39,458 nucleotides of DNA from Gemmatimonadota bacterium (GTDB taxonomy: Bacteria; Latescibacterota; UBA2968; UBA8231). Position numbers and translations under genes: made by a program. The notes under the pieces are model-generated. The model was given only the letters and a program-made list of their open reading frames with translations, had not been told where the DNA came from and did no database searches. The DNA lies in NCBI GenBank assembly GCA_038153405.1, contig JAYOYH010000045.1:1-39458 (forward strand), given 5' to 3'. Positions 1 to 9,213 of the stretch are shown here, one piece after another (the first letter of the stretch is position 1; each line of letters opens with the position of its first letter).

Positions 1-1557
1 CGCGCCGACGGCACGCCGCTGAGCGACGATATCTTCAAGGCGTTTGAGGTTTCTATCGCCGAGGAGTTCGACCCGGTGCTCAACCAGGAAAACGGCGACG
101 GCGACTACCATCGGTTGGAGCATTTGGTGGCCGACTTTCCGCTCAACTACGAAGCCAATGTGCAGCTTGAATTCCCCAAGCAGTACGTGCGCTTTATTCG
201 CCTGCAGCGCAAACCTTCGATCGACGATGGCGTGCGCGGCGTTATGCAGGGTACGATTGGCGAATTTGAACTCAAGGGAGCGGGCGTGCCGCGCCGCGTG
301 ATCTACGTATCTCAGGTCATGGATTTGGGCCGCATCGTTAACTTTGGCAATATTCACTGGAGCGTGACGCCCATGCGCTACGTCAATGGCGTAGCGGAAG
401 AAGTGGTCGACGCTAACGCCTCGATGAAAGTCGAAGTGCGCTCCGGGCGCGACGGCGATCCCAACGTCTACTACGAATTTACCGATACGGGCGCGGAGCG
501 CGTCGTGACGCGCGGTCGCTACGAGAATGAACTCAAGCAGCCCGACCAGGCGACAGGTGGCGGCATTCAAGAGGGCAAACCCGGCTTGCGCGCCTCTGTG
601 GTCTACGACACGGAAAACTGGACGTTCTGGTCGTTCCCCATCACCCAGCCGGGCGTGCAGGCACCGCTGGAACGGGGTTCGCATATTCAGGCGCGCATTG
701 CGCTGCAGAGCGAGTCGTACTTCGACTTCGTGCGCTTGGACTCGCTGTGGGTGGAAACCTCAGCGCCGCTGGCCCTGCAGGTCGTCGGCGAAATCGCGCG
801 CTCCGATGATACCGATCCCGAACGCGGGTTGACGGAAGTTTCGCTGGGCGAGATGACGGATTTTACCTACGATATCCGCGCCCAATTCGACAACGTTGGC
901 CAGAGCGGTTTTGACGCCCTGCGCATTCGCACTGGCAGCCGCCCGAGTTTTAAGCGTTTAGAAATGGGCGACCCGCTTGTCGAGGTGGAACCGGCAGATA
1001 TCGTCGAGGAGGAAGACCAACTCGTCGTGTACCTGCCGCGGCGCGTCACGCGGCAGAGCAGCGCTCCGCTGCGCATCGTATTTGGTGCCGAAGTATTTGT
1101 CTTTGCCAATACCTTTGCCGGCGAAGTCTTTGATACCCAAAGCGCCAATTTGCCGCAGCAGATAGAGGCGGGCGATGCCACGGAGACCATTGGCACCAAC
1201 ACCCTGCGCGTGCTCGGAGCCGACCAGCAGAACAGTGAAATTATCGAGAACCTGACGTTTGCCTCAGCCGCCGTCACGCCCAATGGCGACGGCATCAACG
1301 ACGCGTTGCGCGTTGACTACACGCTGTACCGCATGCCATCAGCGATCCCCGTCGAGCTCAATATTTACGACCTGCAGGGCCGCCGCGTCGGACGAGTCGA
1401 TCTGGGTATGCAGAGCGCGGGTCCGCAGCGCGTAGAGTGGGATGGCAGCAACGGAGAAGGTTCGCTGCTGCCGCCGGGCATGTACTTGCTCGAAATAGCG
1501 CTGCGCGCGGAGCTAAAGACCTTTCGCCACCTGCGGCCGGTTGGCATTGCCTACTAA
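1..1557 (+). CDS. 5'-truncated large secreted-type protein with C-terminal FlgD-Ig-like domain
   Basis: Frame open from base 1 to TAA at 1555-1557; C-terminus VTPNGDGINDAL...NIYDLQGRRV...WDG...LPPGMYL matches FlgD_ig/CHU_C-like tails. Confidence 0.8.
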   Translation, partial: RADGTPLSDDIFKAFEVSIAEEFDPVLNQENGDGDYHRLEHLVADFPLNYEANVQLEFPKQYVRFIRLQRKPSIDDGVRGVMQGTIGEFELKGAGVPRRVIYVSQVMDLGRIVNFGNIHWSVTPMRYVNGVAEEVVDANASMKVEVRSGRDGDPNVYYEFTDTGAERVVTRGRYENELKQPDQATGGGIQEGKPGLRASVVYDTENWTFWSFPITQPGVQAPLERGSHIQARIALQSESYFDFVRLDSLWVETSAPLALQVVGEIARSDDTDPERGLTEVSLGEMTDFTYDIRAQFDNVGQSGFDALRIRTGSRPSFKRLEMGDPLVEVEPADIVEEEDQLVVYLPRRVTRQSSAPLRIVFGAEVFVFANTFAGEVFDTQSANLPQQIEAGDATETIGTNTLRVLGADQQNSEIIENLTFASAAVTPNGDGINDALRVDYTLYRMPSAIPVELNIYDLQGRRVGRVDLGMQSAGPQRVEWDGSNGEGSLLPPGMYLLEIALRAELKTFRHLRPVGIAY

Positions 1558-1573
1558 AGGTAGGGTAGCACAC

Positions 1574-1614
1574 AAAAGGGAGCTCGGTGCCAAGAGGCCG
1601 GGCTCCTTTTTTTT
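1574..1614 (+). terminator. Rho-independent terminator
   Basis: GGAGCTCGG...CCGGGCTCC stem followed by T8, just after the stop codon. Confidence 0.85.
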
Positions 1615-1692
1615 CAGGCATTGGGTGCCGTTACGGTCGCTGCCGATGGGCCCTGCTGCCTTTCGATGCACGCTGCGTTGGAGCGAGGGGAT

Positions 1693-2766
1693 GTGAGCAC
1701 GCTGCAGATAGTGGTTGTATGCGCGGATAGCCAGTGTTTAGCAGCGCTGACGCGCACGCTGAGCGACCTGCCGGGCGTGCGCGTTGTGGGCTCGGCTACC
1801 AGCGGCAAAGCCGCCTTGGAAAGGGTTGCCGAACTCAAGCCCGACATTGCGCTGCTCGATGTGGAATTGCCAGACGACGGCGGCATTGCTGCGCTACATC
1901 AGATGCTGCAATATCATCCTCAAACCAGCGCCGTCATGGTGTGTCCAGTTAAGCCGCTAGCGGTGGAAAAGACGATGAAGGCACTGGAGGCTGGTGCGTT
2001 CGACTTCGTCAGCAAGCCCTCCGACTGCGGCGAGTCCGTTCAACAGGATAAGTTAAAAGCCGATCTAAGGCGCGTGGTGCAGGCCTTTTTTACGCATCAG
2101 TCGGTGAGTGCGCTGTCCCACGCGCACCGGCCGCAAACGCCTGCCGCGCCCGCTGTACACAGTGTGTCGCCGCGCCAAGCGCCCCCATCGGCGATTGATG
2201 TAGTGGCCATTGGCGTTTCCACGGGTGGTCCAAATGCCCTCGGCGAAATGGTGCCGAACTTGCCCGGTGACCTGAGCGTGCCGGTGCTAATCGTGCAGCA
2301 CATGCCGTCCGCGTTTACGGCGCTACTGGCGACGATGCTCAACACTAAAAGTGCGCTGCGGGTGGTGGAAGGGCATAATGGGGAACGGGTGGAAAGCGGC
2401 ACCGCGTATATTGCGCCGGGCGGTTTGCATATGCGCGTCAGGCGCCATGCCGGAGGCGTCGTATTGGAAACGACGCTCGATCCACCCGAACACCACTGTC
2501 GGCCATCGGTCGACTATCTCTTTCGCTCCGTCGCCGACGTCTATGGCCCGGAAGCGCTTGGCGTTATTATGACGGGTATGGGCTCGGACGGGAGTAAGGG
2601 TCTCGCGGCGATGAAAGCGCGCGGTTCGTACGTGCTGGCCCAGAACGAAGCCAGTAGCATCGTATTTGGCATGCCGGGAGAAGCGGTCAAAGCGGGGTTG
2701 GCCGACGAGCAGGTGCCGTTGGACAAGATGGCATCGCGCATTGCTCGGTTGGTCGGCGGTCGTTGA
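1693..2766 (+). CDS. cheB: Chemotaxis protein-glutamate methylesterase (REC + CheB domain)
   Basis: Catalytic motifs GVSTGGP, VQHMP, TGMGSDG; N-terminal REC with LLDVELP; start moved to GTG 1693 after GAGGGG. Confidence 0.92.
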   Translation: MSTLQIVVVCADSQCLAALTRTLSDLPGVRVVGSATSGKAALERVAELKPDIALLDVELPDDGGIAALHQMLQYHPQTSAVMVCPVKPLAVEKTMKALEAGAFDFVSKPSDCGESVQQDKLKADLRRVVQAFFTHQSVSALSHAHRPQTPAAPAVHSVSPRQAPPSAIDVVAIGVSTGGPNALGEMVPNLPGDLSVPVLIVQHMPSAFTALLATMLNTKSALRVVEGHNGERVESGTAYIAPGGLHMRVRRHAGGVVLETTLDPPEHHCRPSVDYLFRSVADVYGPEALGVIMTGMGSDGSKGLAAMKARGSYVLAQNEASSIVFGMPGEAVKAGLADEQVPLDKMASRIARLVGGR

Positions 2767-2778
2767 GTCGGATGCAGC

Positions 2779-2819
2779 AAAAAAAGCCGGAGTGGCCTGA
2801 CGGCGCCCCGACTTTTTTC
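2779..2819 (-). terminator. Terminator between convergent cheB and small ORF, probably bidirectional
   Basis: A-tract, GC stem, T-tract; on the minus strand GUCGGGG/CUCCGGC pairs with G-U wobbles and is followed by a U run. Confidence 0.65.
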
Positions 2820-2829
2820 TTGTAGTGGC

Positions 2830-3060
2830 TCAATCGTCGTCTTCGACCCGGTACTTCTTACTCAGTCCGGGGTTGGGCGATGCGCCCTTCTGGTTTTTCT
2901 GGTTTTTTTTGCCATTCCCCCCCCCGCCATCGTCGTCATCGGCCCAACTCTCGCCCACTTTGTATGTGACCATGGCCGGCGCCACATAGGTCATCTTCTT
3001 AATAAAGGCGCGTCGGCTCTGAGCTTCTTCTTCCGGGGTGCTACCGCTTTTGTCTTCCAT
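2830..3060 (-). CDS. 76-aa small protein with twin-arginine-like motif and acidic/Gly-rich tail
   Basis: SRRAFIKK then YVAPAM; AAGG upstream, TATAAT -10 at 3080-3085 and a downstream terminator. Confidence 0.75.
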   Translation of the reverse strand: MEDKSGSTPEEEAQSRRAFIKKMTYVAPAMVTYKVGESWADDDDGGGGNGKKNQKNQKGASPNPGLSKKYRVEDDD

Positions 3061-3079
3061 AATGCCTTTTTTCGCTGGA

Positions 3080-3085
3080 ATTATA
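3080..3085 (-). promoter_or_regulatory. Consensus -10 element (TATAAT) for the small ORF
   Basis: ATTATA on + strand in an AT-rich spacer about 20 nt from the ATG; no matching -35 seen. Confidence 0.5.
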
Positions 3086-3201
3086 CTACATAAAATAGCT
3101 CTAAGGCGCTTGATAACACAAGAATTTCACAGATCGTGCCATCTATGAGCGATTTGCGCTCGGCGCTGCGGCGCTGCCGCTGCTCGAGGCATACTGAGCG
3201 G

Positions 3202-4563
3202 TTACGGCCGGTGCGTTCCGGCGCGCGAGGTTGGCAGCGGCAGGATCCATTCGGCCCGGGCTAGGCCGTAGTCCACTTGGGCCAGGTCGCGGGTGGGATC
3301 GATCAGTGGGAAATAGGGGCGGCCGTTGAGCGAGCATTCGACGCGCGCGTATACGGCTATCGCCGCGTCGCTTGGTCGCCGCTCGACATTGGAGAGAAAG
3401 CGCGCGAACTGGGCGATCATGTGGGGGCGTCCACCCATTTTTTCGGATTGGCGCTCGGTCAGGTACTTGCGCGGATGAACGCGCCAGCGCTGACCGGTAG
3501 TCGATTCTTCCAAAAGGAAAGACGATCGACAGGTCTTGTCGCGCAGCTTCATATGCCAGGCGAAGCGATGGCCTTCCTCGCTCCAGCTAGGATTGCCCGG
3601 GTAGAGCCAGTGGCGCAGCGGCAGCACCACCTGCAGCGCGAGGTAGGCCATGAGCAAGGCGGTGACGACCGAGCGGGAGCGCGGCGCAGTCATCTCCCGC
3701 GCCGGCTGGTCGAGCGGCACCGGCCAACGCAGCAGCGCGCGCGGCCAAGAGGGCGATAAGAACAGCAGGCTCAGGGCCGCGCCCAAATAGGGGAAAGAGC
3801 CAATGGAAAAGATCTGGCTGTTGATGAGGTGAAATGCCAGCAAAGCCGCTAGCATACCAGCGCGCGTTCGCTGCCACAGCAGCAGCGGAACGGCGCATAG
3901 GTCGATCAGCAGTCCAGCGTAGCTGAAGGCGTAGGCCGCCGCCGCGCTGTCGAGCAGCCCGGAAAGAGGGGGCAGGTAGAGGCTGTCCGGCAGCCACTGC
4001 CGCATGGGCCAGCCGCGCAGCCAGTCGGCGTTGAGCTTGGCGATGGCGCCGTAGAAATAGACTAGCCCGATCTGGGCGCGCAAGATCCACAGCGACCAGC
4101 TGGGAACGCACGGCGAGCGGATGCTCGGGAAGAGGCGCGCGTCGAGCGAGAACGCGCGGTGAGCCGGAATCCATACGAGCAGGATGCTGACGAGACATAT
4201 CAGGTAGTAGTGGTTTTGATATTGCGCTTGGTCGAGCAGAAATACGTAGGTGTAGCCGAGCGCGAAGAGCGCTGCGGCAAGCCGGTATAACAGACCAACG
4301 GCAATGCAGATGGCCAGCGCGCCCAGCGCGTAAAAATGCAGGTATATCCACGGCTGCGGCCACGGCTCGATCCAGGAAAAGCCGAGGTATTTAAAGTAAA
4401 AAACGGGTTCTACAAAGTGGAAGTCGACTTTGCCGTGGCTCAGAAAGCCATACATATCCCAGGCCATAACAAGGCCAAAGACGATGCGAAAAGAGACCAG
4501 CGAGGCCGCGTCGATAGGGGCAAAGAGGCGCTGCTGTAGCGAGCGGATCGAATGCGTCGGCAT
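3202..4563 (-). CDS. HTTM-domain / vitamin K-dependent gamma-carboxylase-like membrane protein
   Basis: Motifs YQNHYYL, YFYGAIAKLNADWL, WSEEGHRFAWHMKL, SLNGRP..LIDP; multiple TM helices. Confidence 0.88.
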   Translation of the reverse strand: MPTHSIRSLQQRLFAPIDAASLVSFRIVFGLVMAWDMYGFLSHGKVDFHFVEPVFYFKYLGFSWIEPWPQPWIYLHFYALGALAICIAVGLLYRLAAALFALGYTYVFLLDQAQYQNHYYLICLVSILLVWIPAHRAFSLDARLFPSIRSPCVPSWSLWILRAQIGLVYFYGAIAKLNADWLRGWPMRQWLPDSLYLPPLSGLLDSAAAAYAFSYAGLLIDLCAVPLLLWQRTRAGMLAALLAFHLINSQIFSIGSFPYLGAALSLLFLSPSWPRALLRWPVPLDQPAREMTAPRSRSVVTALLMAYLALQVVLPLRHWLYPGNPSWSEEGHRFAWHMKLRDKTCRSSFLLEESTTGQRWRVHPRKYLTERQSEKMGGRPHMIAQFARFLSNVERRPSDAAIAVYARVECSLNGRPYFPLIDPTRDLAQVDYGLARAEWILPLPTSRAGTHRP

Positions 4564-4665
4564 AGGTATTTGAAAAGAGCGCTGCTCGGTTGAGAATGGA
4601 CACCGCTCTGGTTAAATTAAGTAAATGCGATATGCTTTGCGTAGGCCAATAGAAAGAAGGAATAC

Positions 4666-5463
4666 ATGCTCAACGACGATCAGGTAGTATTCTACCACGA
4701 ACATGGCTATGTGCACATCCCCGAAGTGTTTACCCAGCAGGAAACCGATGAACTAGAGCGAGAACTAGAACGCTTGGTAGTGGACTGGTCGACCACCGAC
4801 AAGGGGTGGACAGGCCCGTGGCGCAAGCAGTATATGGACGAAGAGACGGAAAAGGCCTCCAAGCTAACGGCGATGCACGATCTCTACTTTTACTCAAATG
4901 CCTGGTGTCGCGCCGTGACCAACCCGCGCCTCACAGCGGCCGTTAGCCAACTTATTGGACCGGACGTAGAGCTACACCACTCGACGATGCACATCAAGCC
5001 GCCGGAGGCCGGTCATCCCTTTCCAATGCACCAGGATTGGGCGTTTTATCAGCACGTCGACGGGCGCTACGTCGACGTATTGGTTCACCTCGACGATACC
5101 TGCCACGAGAACGGCGAAATTCGCTTCCTCGACGGCAGCCACAAGCAGGGGGCATTGGAACACATCACCCAGACGGAAGAAGGTCCATGCACGCCGCATC
5201 TTCCCACCGATCAGTACATGCTGGCCGATACCGTCGCCGTGCCGGCCAAGCGCGGCGACGTGGTGTGCTTCTGTATCCACACGGTGCACGGATCACATAT
5301 AAACCAGACGGCCAAAGAGCGGCGCCTAGTGCGCGTGGGCTATCGCGCCCCGGACAACGTGCAAACCGGCGGCCAGAGCCGGGGTCGACCGGGCATGATG
5401 GTGGCCGGCTACCGGACGCCGGCTGAGGGGCAGGGCGTTTTTAGCAACGCTGGTCCAGCCTGA
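4666..5463 (+). CDS. Phytanoyl-CoA dioxygenase (PhyH) family Fe(II)/2OG dioxygenase
   Basis: HQD motif, distal HGS..N and RR; GSH motif; AAGGA RBS. Confidence 0.9.
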   Translation: MLNDDQVVFYHEHGYVHIPEVFTQQETDELERELERLVVDWSTTDKGWTGPWRKQYMDEETEKASKLTAMHDLYFYSNAWCRAVTNPRLTAAVSQLIGPDVELHHSTMHIKPPEAGHPFPMHQDWAFYQHVDGRYVDVLVHLDDTCHENGEIRFLDGSHKQGALEHITQTEEGPCTPHLPTDQYMLADTVAVPAKRGDVVCFCIHTVHGSHINQTAKERRLVRVGYRAPDNVQTGGQSRGRPGMMVAGYRTPAEGQGVFSNAGPA

Positions 5464-5484
5464 GCAGGTCATTGGCAGCGCGCG

Positions 5485-5516
5485 GTCCCCGTCGGCTCCA
5501 GTCGGCGGGGACTTTT
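5485..5516 (+). terminator. Rho-independent terminator
   Basis: GTCCCCGTCGGC-TCCA-GTCGGCGGGGAC followed by TTTT. Confidence 0.8.
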
Positions 5517-5624
5517 CTGTTGAGCAGACGCGAATTAGCCACCGTTCTCGCTCTTTGCTATACTTATTAGCCTATAACCCAAGGCGAAAGACTTTTTTGA
5601 AACCGCGTAGCAAAGGATCTACCC

Positions 5625-7211
5625 ATGGCTGAAGTGCAACCCGTACTCATCGCTGGAACGTGGCGTGCCGCCGACGCAGAGAGCACGTTTGAACCAGACA
5701 ATCCAACGACCAAAGCGAAAACGGGCGAAGTCTATCCCGTCAGCACCGTTGCCGACGTCGAAGAGGCAGTGGTCGCGGCGGCCGTTGCCGCCGAACAAAT
5801 TGCCGAGATCGGCGACGAGATCGTCGCCCAATTTCTCGAGCACTTTGCCGAGCGCATTGAGGCGCGCGGTGACGAAATCTGCCAGATGGCTTTTAGCGAA
5901 TCCGGTTTGCCCATTTCGCCGCGCCTAAAAGACGTCGAGCTGCCGCGCACTACGTCCCAGCTGCGCCAGGCGGCCAAGGCCGTGCGCGCGCGCTCGTGGA
6001 CGCATCCGGTCATCGACACGGCCAGCGGCATCCGCTCGAAGTTTGGCGCGCTGGGCGGCGGCGTGGCCGTCTTTGGCCCCAACAACTTTCCGCTGGCCTT
6101 TAACAGCGTGGCCGGCGGCGACTTTGCCGCGGCTATTGCCGCCGGCAATCCCGTGATCGGCAAGGGCAATTCTTCGCATCCGGGCACGACGCGCCTGCTG
6201 GCTGAAGAGGCGCTGGCTGCGGCTCGAGACACGGGCATGCCGGATGCTACTGTGCAGCTGATCTATCGTACCAACCACGACGTGGGCAAGCGTCTGGTCT
6301 CGCATCCCAAGATAGCCGCGACGGGCTATACGGGTTCGCGCGGCGCCGGTTTGGTCCTCAAGGAAGCCGCCGACAAGGCGGGCAAGCCGGTCTACATGGA
6401 GCTGAGTAGCATCAATCCGGTCTACGTCTTGCCCGGCGCGCTCAAGGAGCGCGGCGAGGCCATCGTCGAGGAATTTCTCACCTCGTGCCTGATGGGCACC
6501 GGTCAGTTCTGCACCAATCCGGGCATTGTCGTGCTGGTCGATGGGCCGGAGGCCGCCGCCTTTGTCGCGCAGGCCCGCGACAAGTTTGGCAGCGCGCCGG
6601 TGGGCACGCTACTGACGGGCAGCGTCGAGCGCAATATGGTCGAGAGCGTCGCAACGCTGCAAAGGGCCGGTGCCGAGATCGTCATCGGCGGACAGCCCGG
6701 CGGCGGCAATGGATACAGTTTCAATAACACCTTGCTGAAGGTGTCCGGCGCCGCTTTTCTAGCCGATCCCGAGGCGCTGCAGACGGAGGCCTTTGGCAAT
6801 GGGAGCCTGCTAGTCGTCGCCAACGATGACGATCAGGCCGTGGAGATTGCGCGCCATTTTGAGGGCAACCTGACCGGCTGCATCTACAGCGACAGTGCGG
6901 GGGCCGATGAATCGCTCTACGTGCGGATAGCGCCCATACTGCGCAAAAAGGTTGGTCGACTGCTCAACGACAAGATGCCGACGGGCGTGGCCGTCGTACC
7001 CTCGATGAACCACGGCGGTCCCTACCCCTCGACGGGCCACCCCGGCTTCACGGCCGTGGGCATACCCGCCTCTATCGTGCGCTTTGCCATGCTGGAAAGC
7101 TACGACAACGTGCGCGAACACCGCCTGCCGCCCGAACTGCGCAACCAGAATCCGTCGGCCATATGGCGGCTGATCGACGGCGCGTGGACCCAGAGCGACG
7201 TGGCTAGTTAG
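5625..7211 (+). CDS. NADP-dependent aldehyde dehydrogenase, alpha-ketoglutaric semialdehyde dehydrogenase-like
   Basis: FGPNNFPLAF.SVAGGDFAAA, YTGS, MELSSINP, GQFCTNPG, PTGVAV..MNHGGPYPST motifs. Confidence 0.88.
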   Translation: MAEVQPVLIAGTWRAADAESTFEPDNPTTKAKTGEVYPVSTVADVEEAVVAAAVAAEQIAEIGDEIVAQFLEHFAERIEARGDEICQMAFSESGLPISPRLKDVELPRTTSQLRQAAKAVRARSWTHPVIDTASGIRSKFGALGGGVAVFGPNNFPLAFNSVAGGDFAAAIAAGNPVIGKGNSSHPGTTRLLAEEALAAARDTGMPDATVQLIYRTNHDVGKRLVSHPKIAATGYTGSRGAGLVLKEAADKAGKPVYMELSSINPVYVLPGALKERGEAIVEEFLTSCLMGTGQFCTNPGIVVLVDGPEAAAFVAQARDKFGSAPVGTLLTGSVERNMVESVATLQRAGAEIVIGGQPGGGNGYSFNNTLLKVSGAAFLADPEALQTEAFGNGSLLVVANDDDQAVEIARHFEGNLTGCIYSDSAGADESLYVRIAPILRKKVGRLLNDKMPTGVAVVPSMNHGGPYPSTGHPGFTAVGIPASIVRFAMLESYDNVREHRLPPELRNQNPSAIWRLIDGAWTQSDVAS

Positions 7212-7225
7212 AGGGCATACGGCTC

Positions 7226-7507
7226 GTGGCACGCGTGGAAATTTATCTCAGTCGCCTCTGCATATACTGCTGGCAGGCGCGCAGAATGCTCGACGAGTTA
7301 GGGGTTTCCTATCGGATCAAGGGCGTGCCGATGGTGTTGGGTTGGAAGCTGCCAACGCGCGCCTACCGCGAGATGGTCACGCGTTCCGGCGGCCGCACGA
7401 CCGTGCCGCAGATTTTTGTCGACGGCGTGCATTTGGGTGACGAAGAGACGCTGCAGGCCTTATCCCAAGAGGGCTCGCTGCGGCGCGCGCTGAAAATCGA
7501 CGCGTAA
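7226..7507 (+). CDS. Glutaredoxin-like protein
   Basis: CIYC active site and GRTTVPQIFVDG motif. Confidence 0.85.
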   Translation: MARVEIYLSRLCIYCWQARRMLDELGVSYRIKGVPMVLGWKLPTRAYREMVTRSGGRTTVPQIFVDGVHLGDEETLQALSQEGSLRRALKIDA

Positions 7508-7541
7508 CAATCGGTCATAGCAAAGAAGTTAGGAGAGAGTT

Positions 7542-8765
7542 ATGGCATTTGATATGGTCTTGAAGGGCGGTCATGTGATCGACCCGAAAAACGGCATTGA
7601 CGCGCCGCTTGACGTCGCGCTGAGCGACGGCAAAGTAGCCGCCGTAGCGGCGGGCCTGCCCACCGAAGACGTGGGGCGGTGCATCGACGTGAGCGGACTC
7701 TATGTGGTGCCGGGACTGGTCGACATTCACATGCACGCCTACGCCACGCCCGGTCATCGCGATGCATGGGCCGGCGACAACAGCATCTTGCCCGACGGTT
7801 TTTCCTTCCGCACTGGCGTGACGACGATGGTCGACACGGGCAGCGCCGGTTGGCGCAACTTCGAGGATTTTCGCTACCGCGTTATCGATCGCGTGCAAAC
7901 GCGCCTCTTTGCACTGGTCAATATCTGCGGAGTCGGCATGACGGACACCGATCACGAGCAAAACCCCTACGATATGGACGCCGAGCGGACGGCCGCCTGC
8001 GCGCGCGCGCACGAGGACGTGGTCGTCGGCATTAAGACGGCCCACTACTACGGCCCCGAATGGATTTCGGTCGATCGCTGCTTAGAAGCGGCCGTCGGAG
8101 CCGATACGCGCGTGATGATCGACTTTGGCTTTTTTAAACGCGAGCGGCCCTACTACCAACTGCTGGGGGAAAAGCTGCGTCCCGGCGATATCAGCACGCA
8201 CGTGTTTCGCGGACCCACGCCGTGGTTTGATGCCGATGGCAAGGTATTGCCCTATCTGCACGAAGCGAGGGCGCGCGGCATCATCCTCGACGTGGGGCAC
8301 GGCGGCGGCTCGTTTTGCTTTCGCAACGCGGTGCCGGCCATTGCCCAGGGCTTCTATCCCGATTCTATCTCGACTGACCTACACGTATTGTGCATGAATA
8401 TGGGCATGTTGGATATGGCGACGACTATGTCCAAGTTTCTGGTAATGGGCATGTCGCTGCAGGACGTTATTCGCTGTTCTACCATCAACCCGGCCAGCGA
8501 AATCGGCCATCCGGAGCTGGGCCATCTCAGCGTCGGCGCCGTCGGCGATGTGGCCGTTCTCAACAAGATGAGCGGCCAATTCGGCTACGCCGATTCGTTC
8601 GGCGGCCGACTCGACGGCAGCGAACGCCTGCTGTGCGAACTGACGCTCAAAGACGGCCGCGTCGTCTGGGATTGGAACGGGCGCGCCGGCGTCGATTATC
8701 GGGCGATGGATCCCAGCTACGGAATCAGGCCGGGCGAGTATCTCATCATGCCGCCCGGGGCTTGA
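7542..8765 (+). CDS. Amidohydrolase/deacetylase family metallohydrolase (dihydroorotase-like)
   Basis: PGLVDIHMH, GVTTMVDTGSAG, DVGHGGGSF, SISTDLH motifs. Confidence 0.88.
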   Translation: MAFDMVLKGGHVIDPKNGIDAPLDVALSDGKVAAVAAGLPTEDVGRCIDVSGLYVVPGLVDIHMHAYATPGHRDAWAGDNSILPDGFSFRTGVTTMVDTGSAGWRNFEDFRYRVIDRVQTRLFALVNICGVGMTDTDHEQNPYDMDAERTAACARAHEDVVVGIKTAHYYGPEWISVDRCLEAAVGADTRVMIDFGFFKRERPYYQLLGEKLRPGDISTHVFRGPTPWFDADGKVLPYLHEARARGIILDVGHGGGSFCFRNAVPAIAQGFYPDSISTDLHVLCMNMGMLDMATTMSKFLVMGMSLQDVIRCSTINPASEIGHPELGHLSVGAVGDVAVLNKMSGQFGYADSFGGRLDGSERLLCELTLKDGRVVWDWNGRAGVDYRAMDPSYGIRPGEYLIMPPGA

Positions 8766-8766
8766 G

Positions 8767-9213
8767 ATGATGCGCAGCAAGCTTCTGTGTAGCGCGCTGA
8801 CTTGGCTGATGTGGACTTCTTGCACCGGTCGAGACGGTGCGCCGGTAACGGTGCGCGACGCGTGGGTGCGCGAGCCGCCGGGTGGTCATCCGATCGCCGC
8901 GGCATATATGGTGTTGGAAAATGCTTCGGACCAAGCCGTAGCCCTGGTCGACGCCCAATCGCCCGTAGCCGAGCGGGTTGAGATTCATACTATGTCTCAT
9001 GAAAACGGGACGATGAGCATGCGACAGGTCGAACAGGTGTTGGTGCCGGCCCGCGGCAGCGCAGCGCTGCAGTCGGGCGGCTTACACCTGATGCTGATCG
9101 GCATGGAAAAGGCGCCTCGTCACGGCGACCAGGTCGAGTTGACACTGCGCTTTGGCGATGGGACCGAGCGCAGCGTGCAGGCGGCGGTGCGCAGGGGGGG
9201 CTATGGCGACTGA
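8767..9213 (+). CDS. Copper chaperone PCu(A)C
   Basis: DAWVR, AAYM, VEIHTM...MSM, GGLHLMLIG metal motif; N-terminal signal. Confidence 0.92.
   Translation: MMRSKLLCSALTWLMWTSCTGRDGAPVTVRDAWVREPPGGHPIAAAYMVLENASDQAVALVDAQSPVAERVEIHTMSHENGTMSMRQVEQVLVPARGSAALQSGGLHLMLIGMEKAPRHGDQVELTLRFGDGTERSVQAAVRRGGYGD

Noticed and set aside
2830..3060. Lasso peptide gene cluster
   Set aside because: No cyclase, leader peptidase or RRE gene in the window
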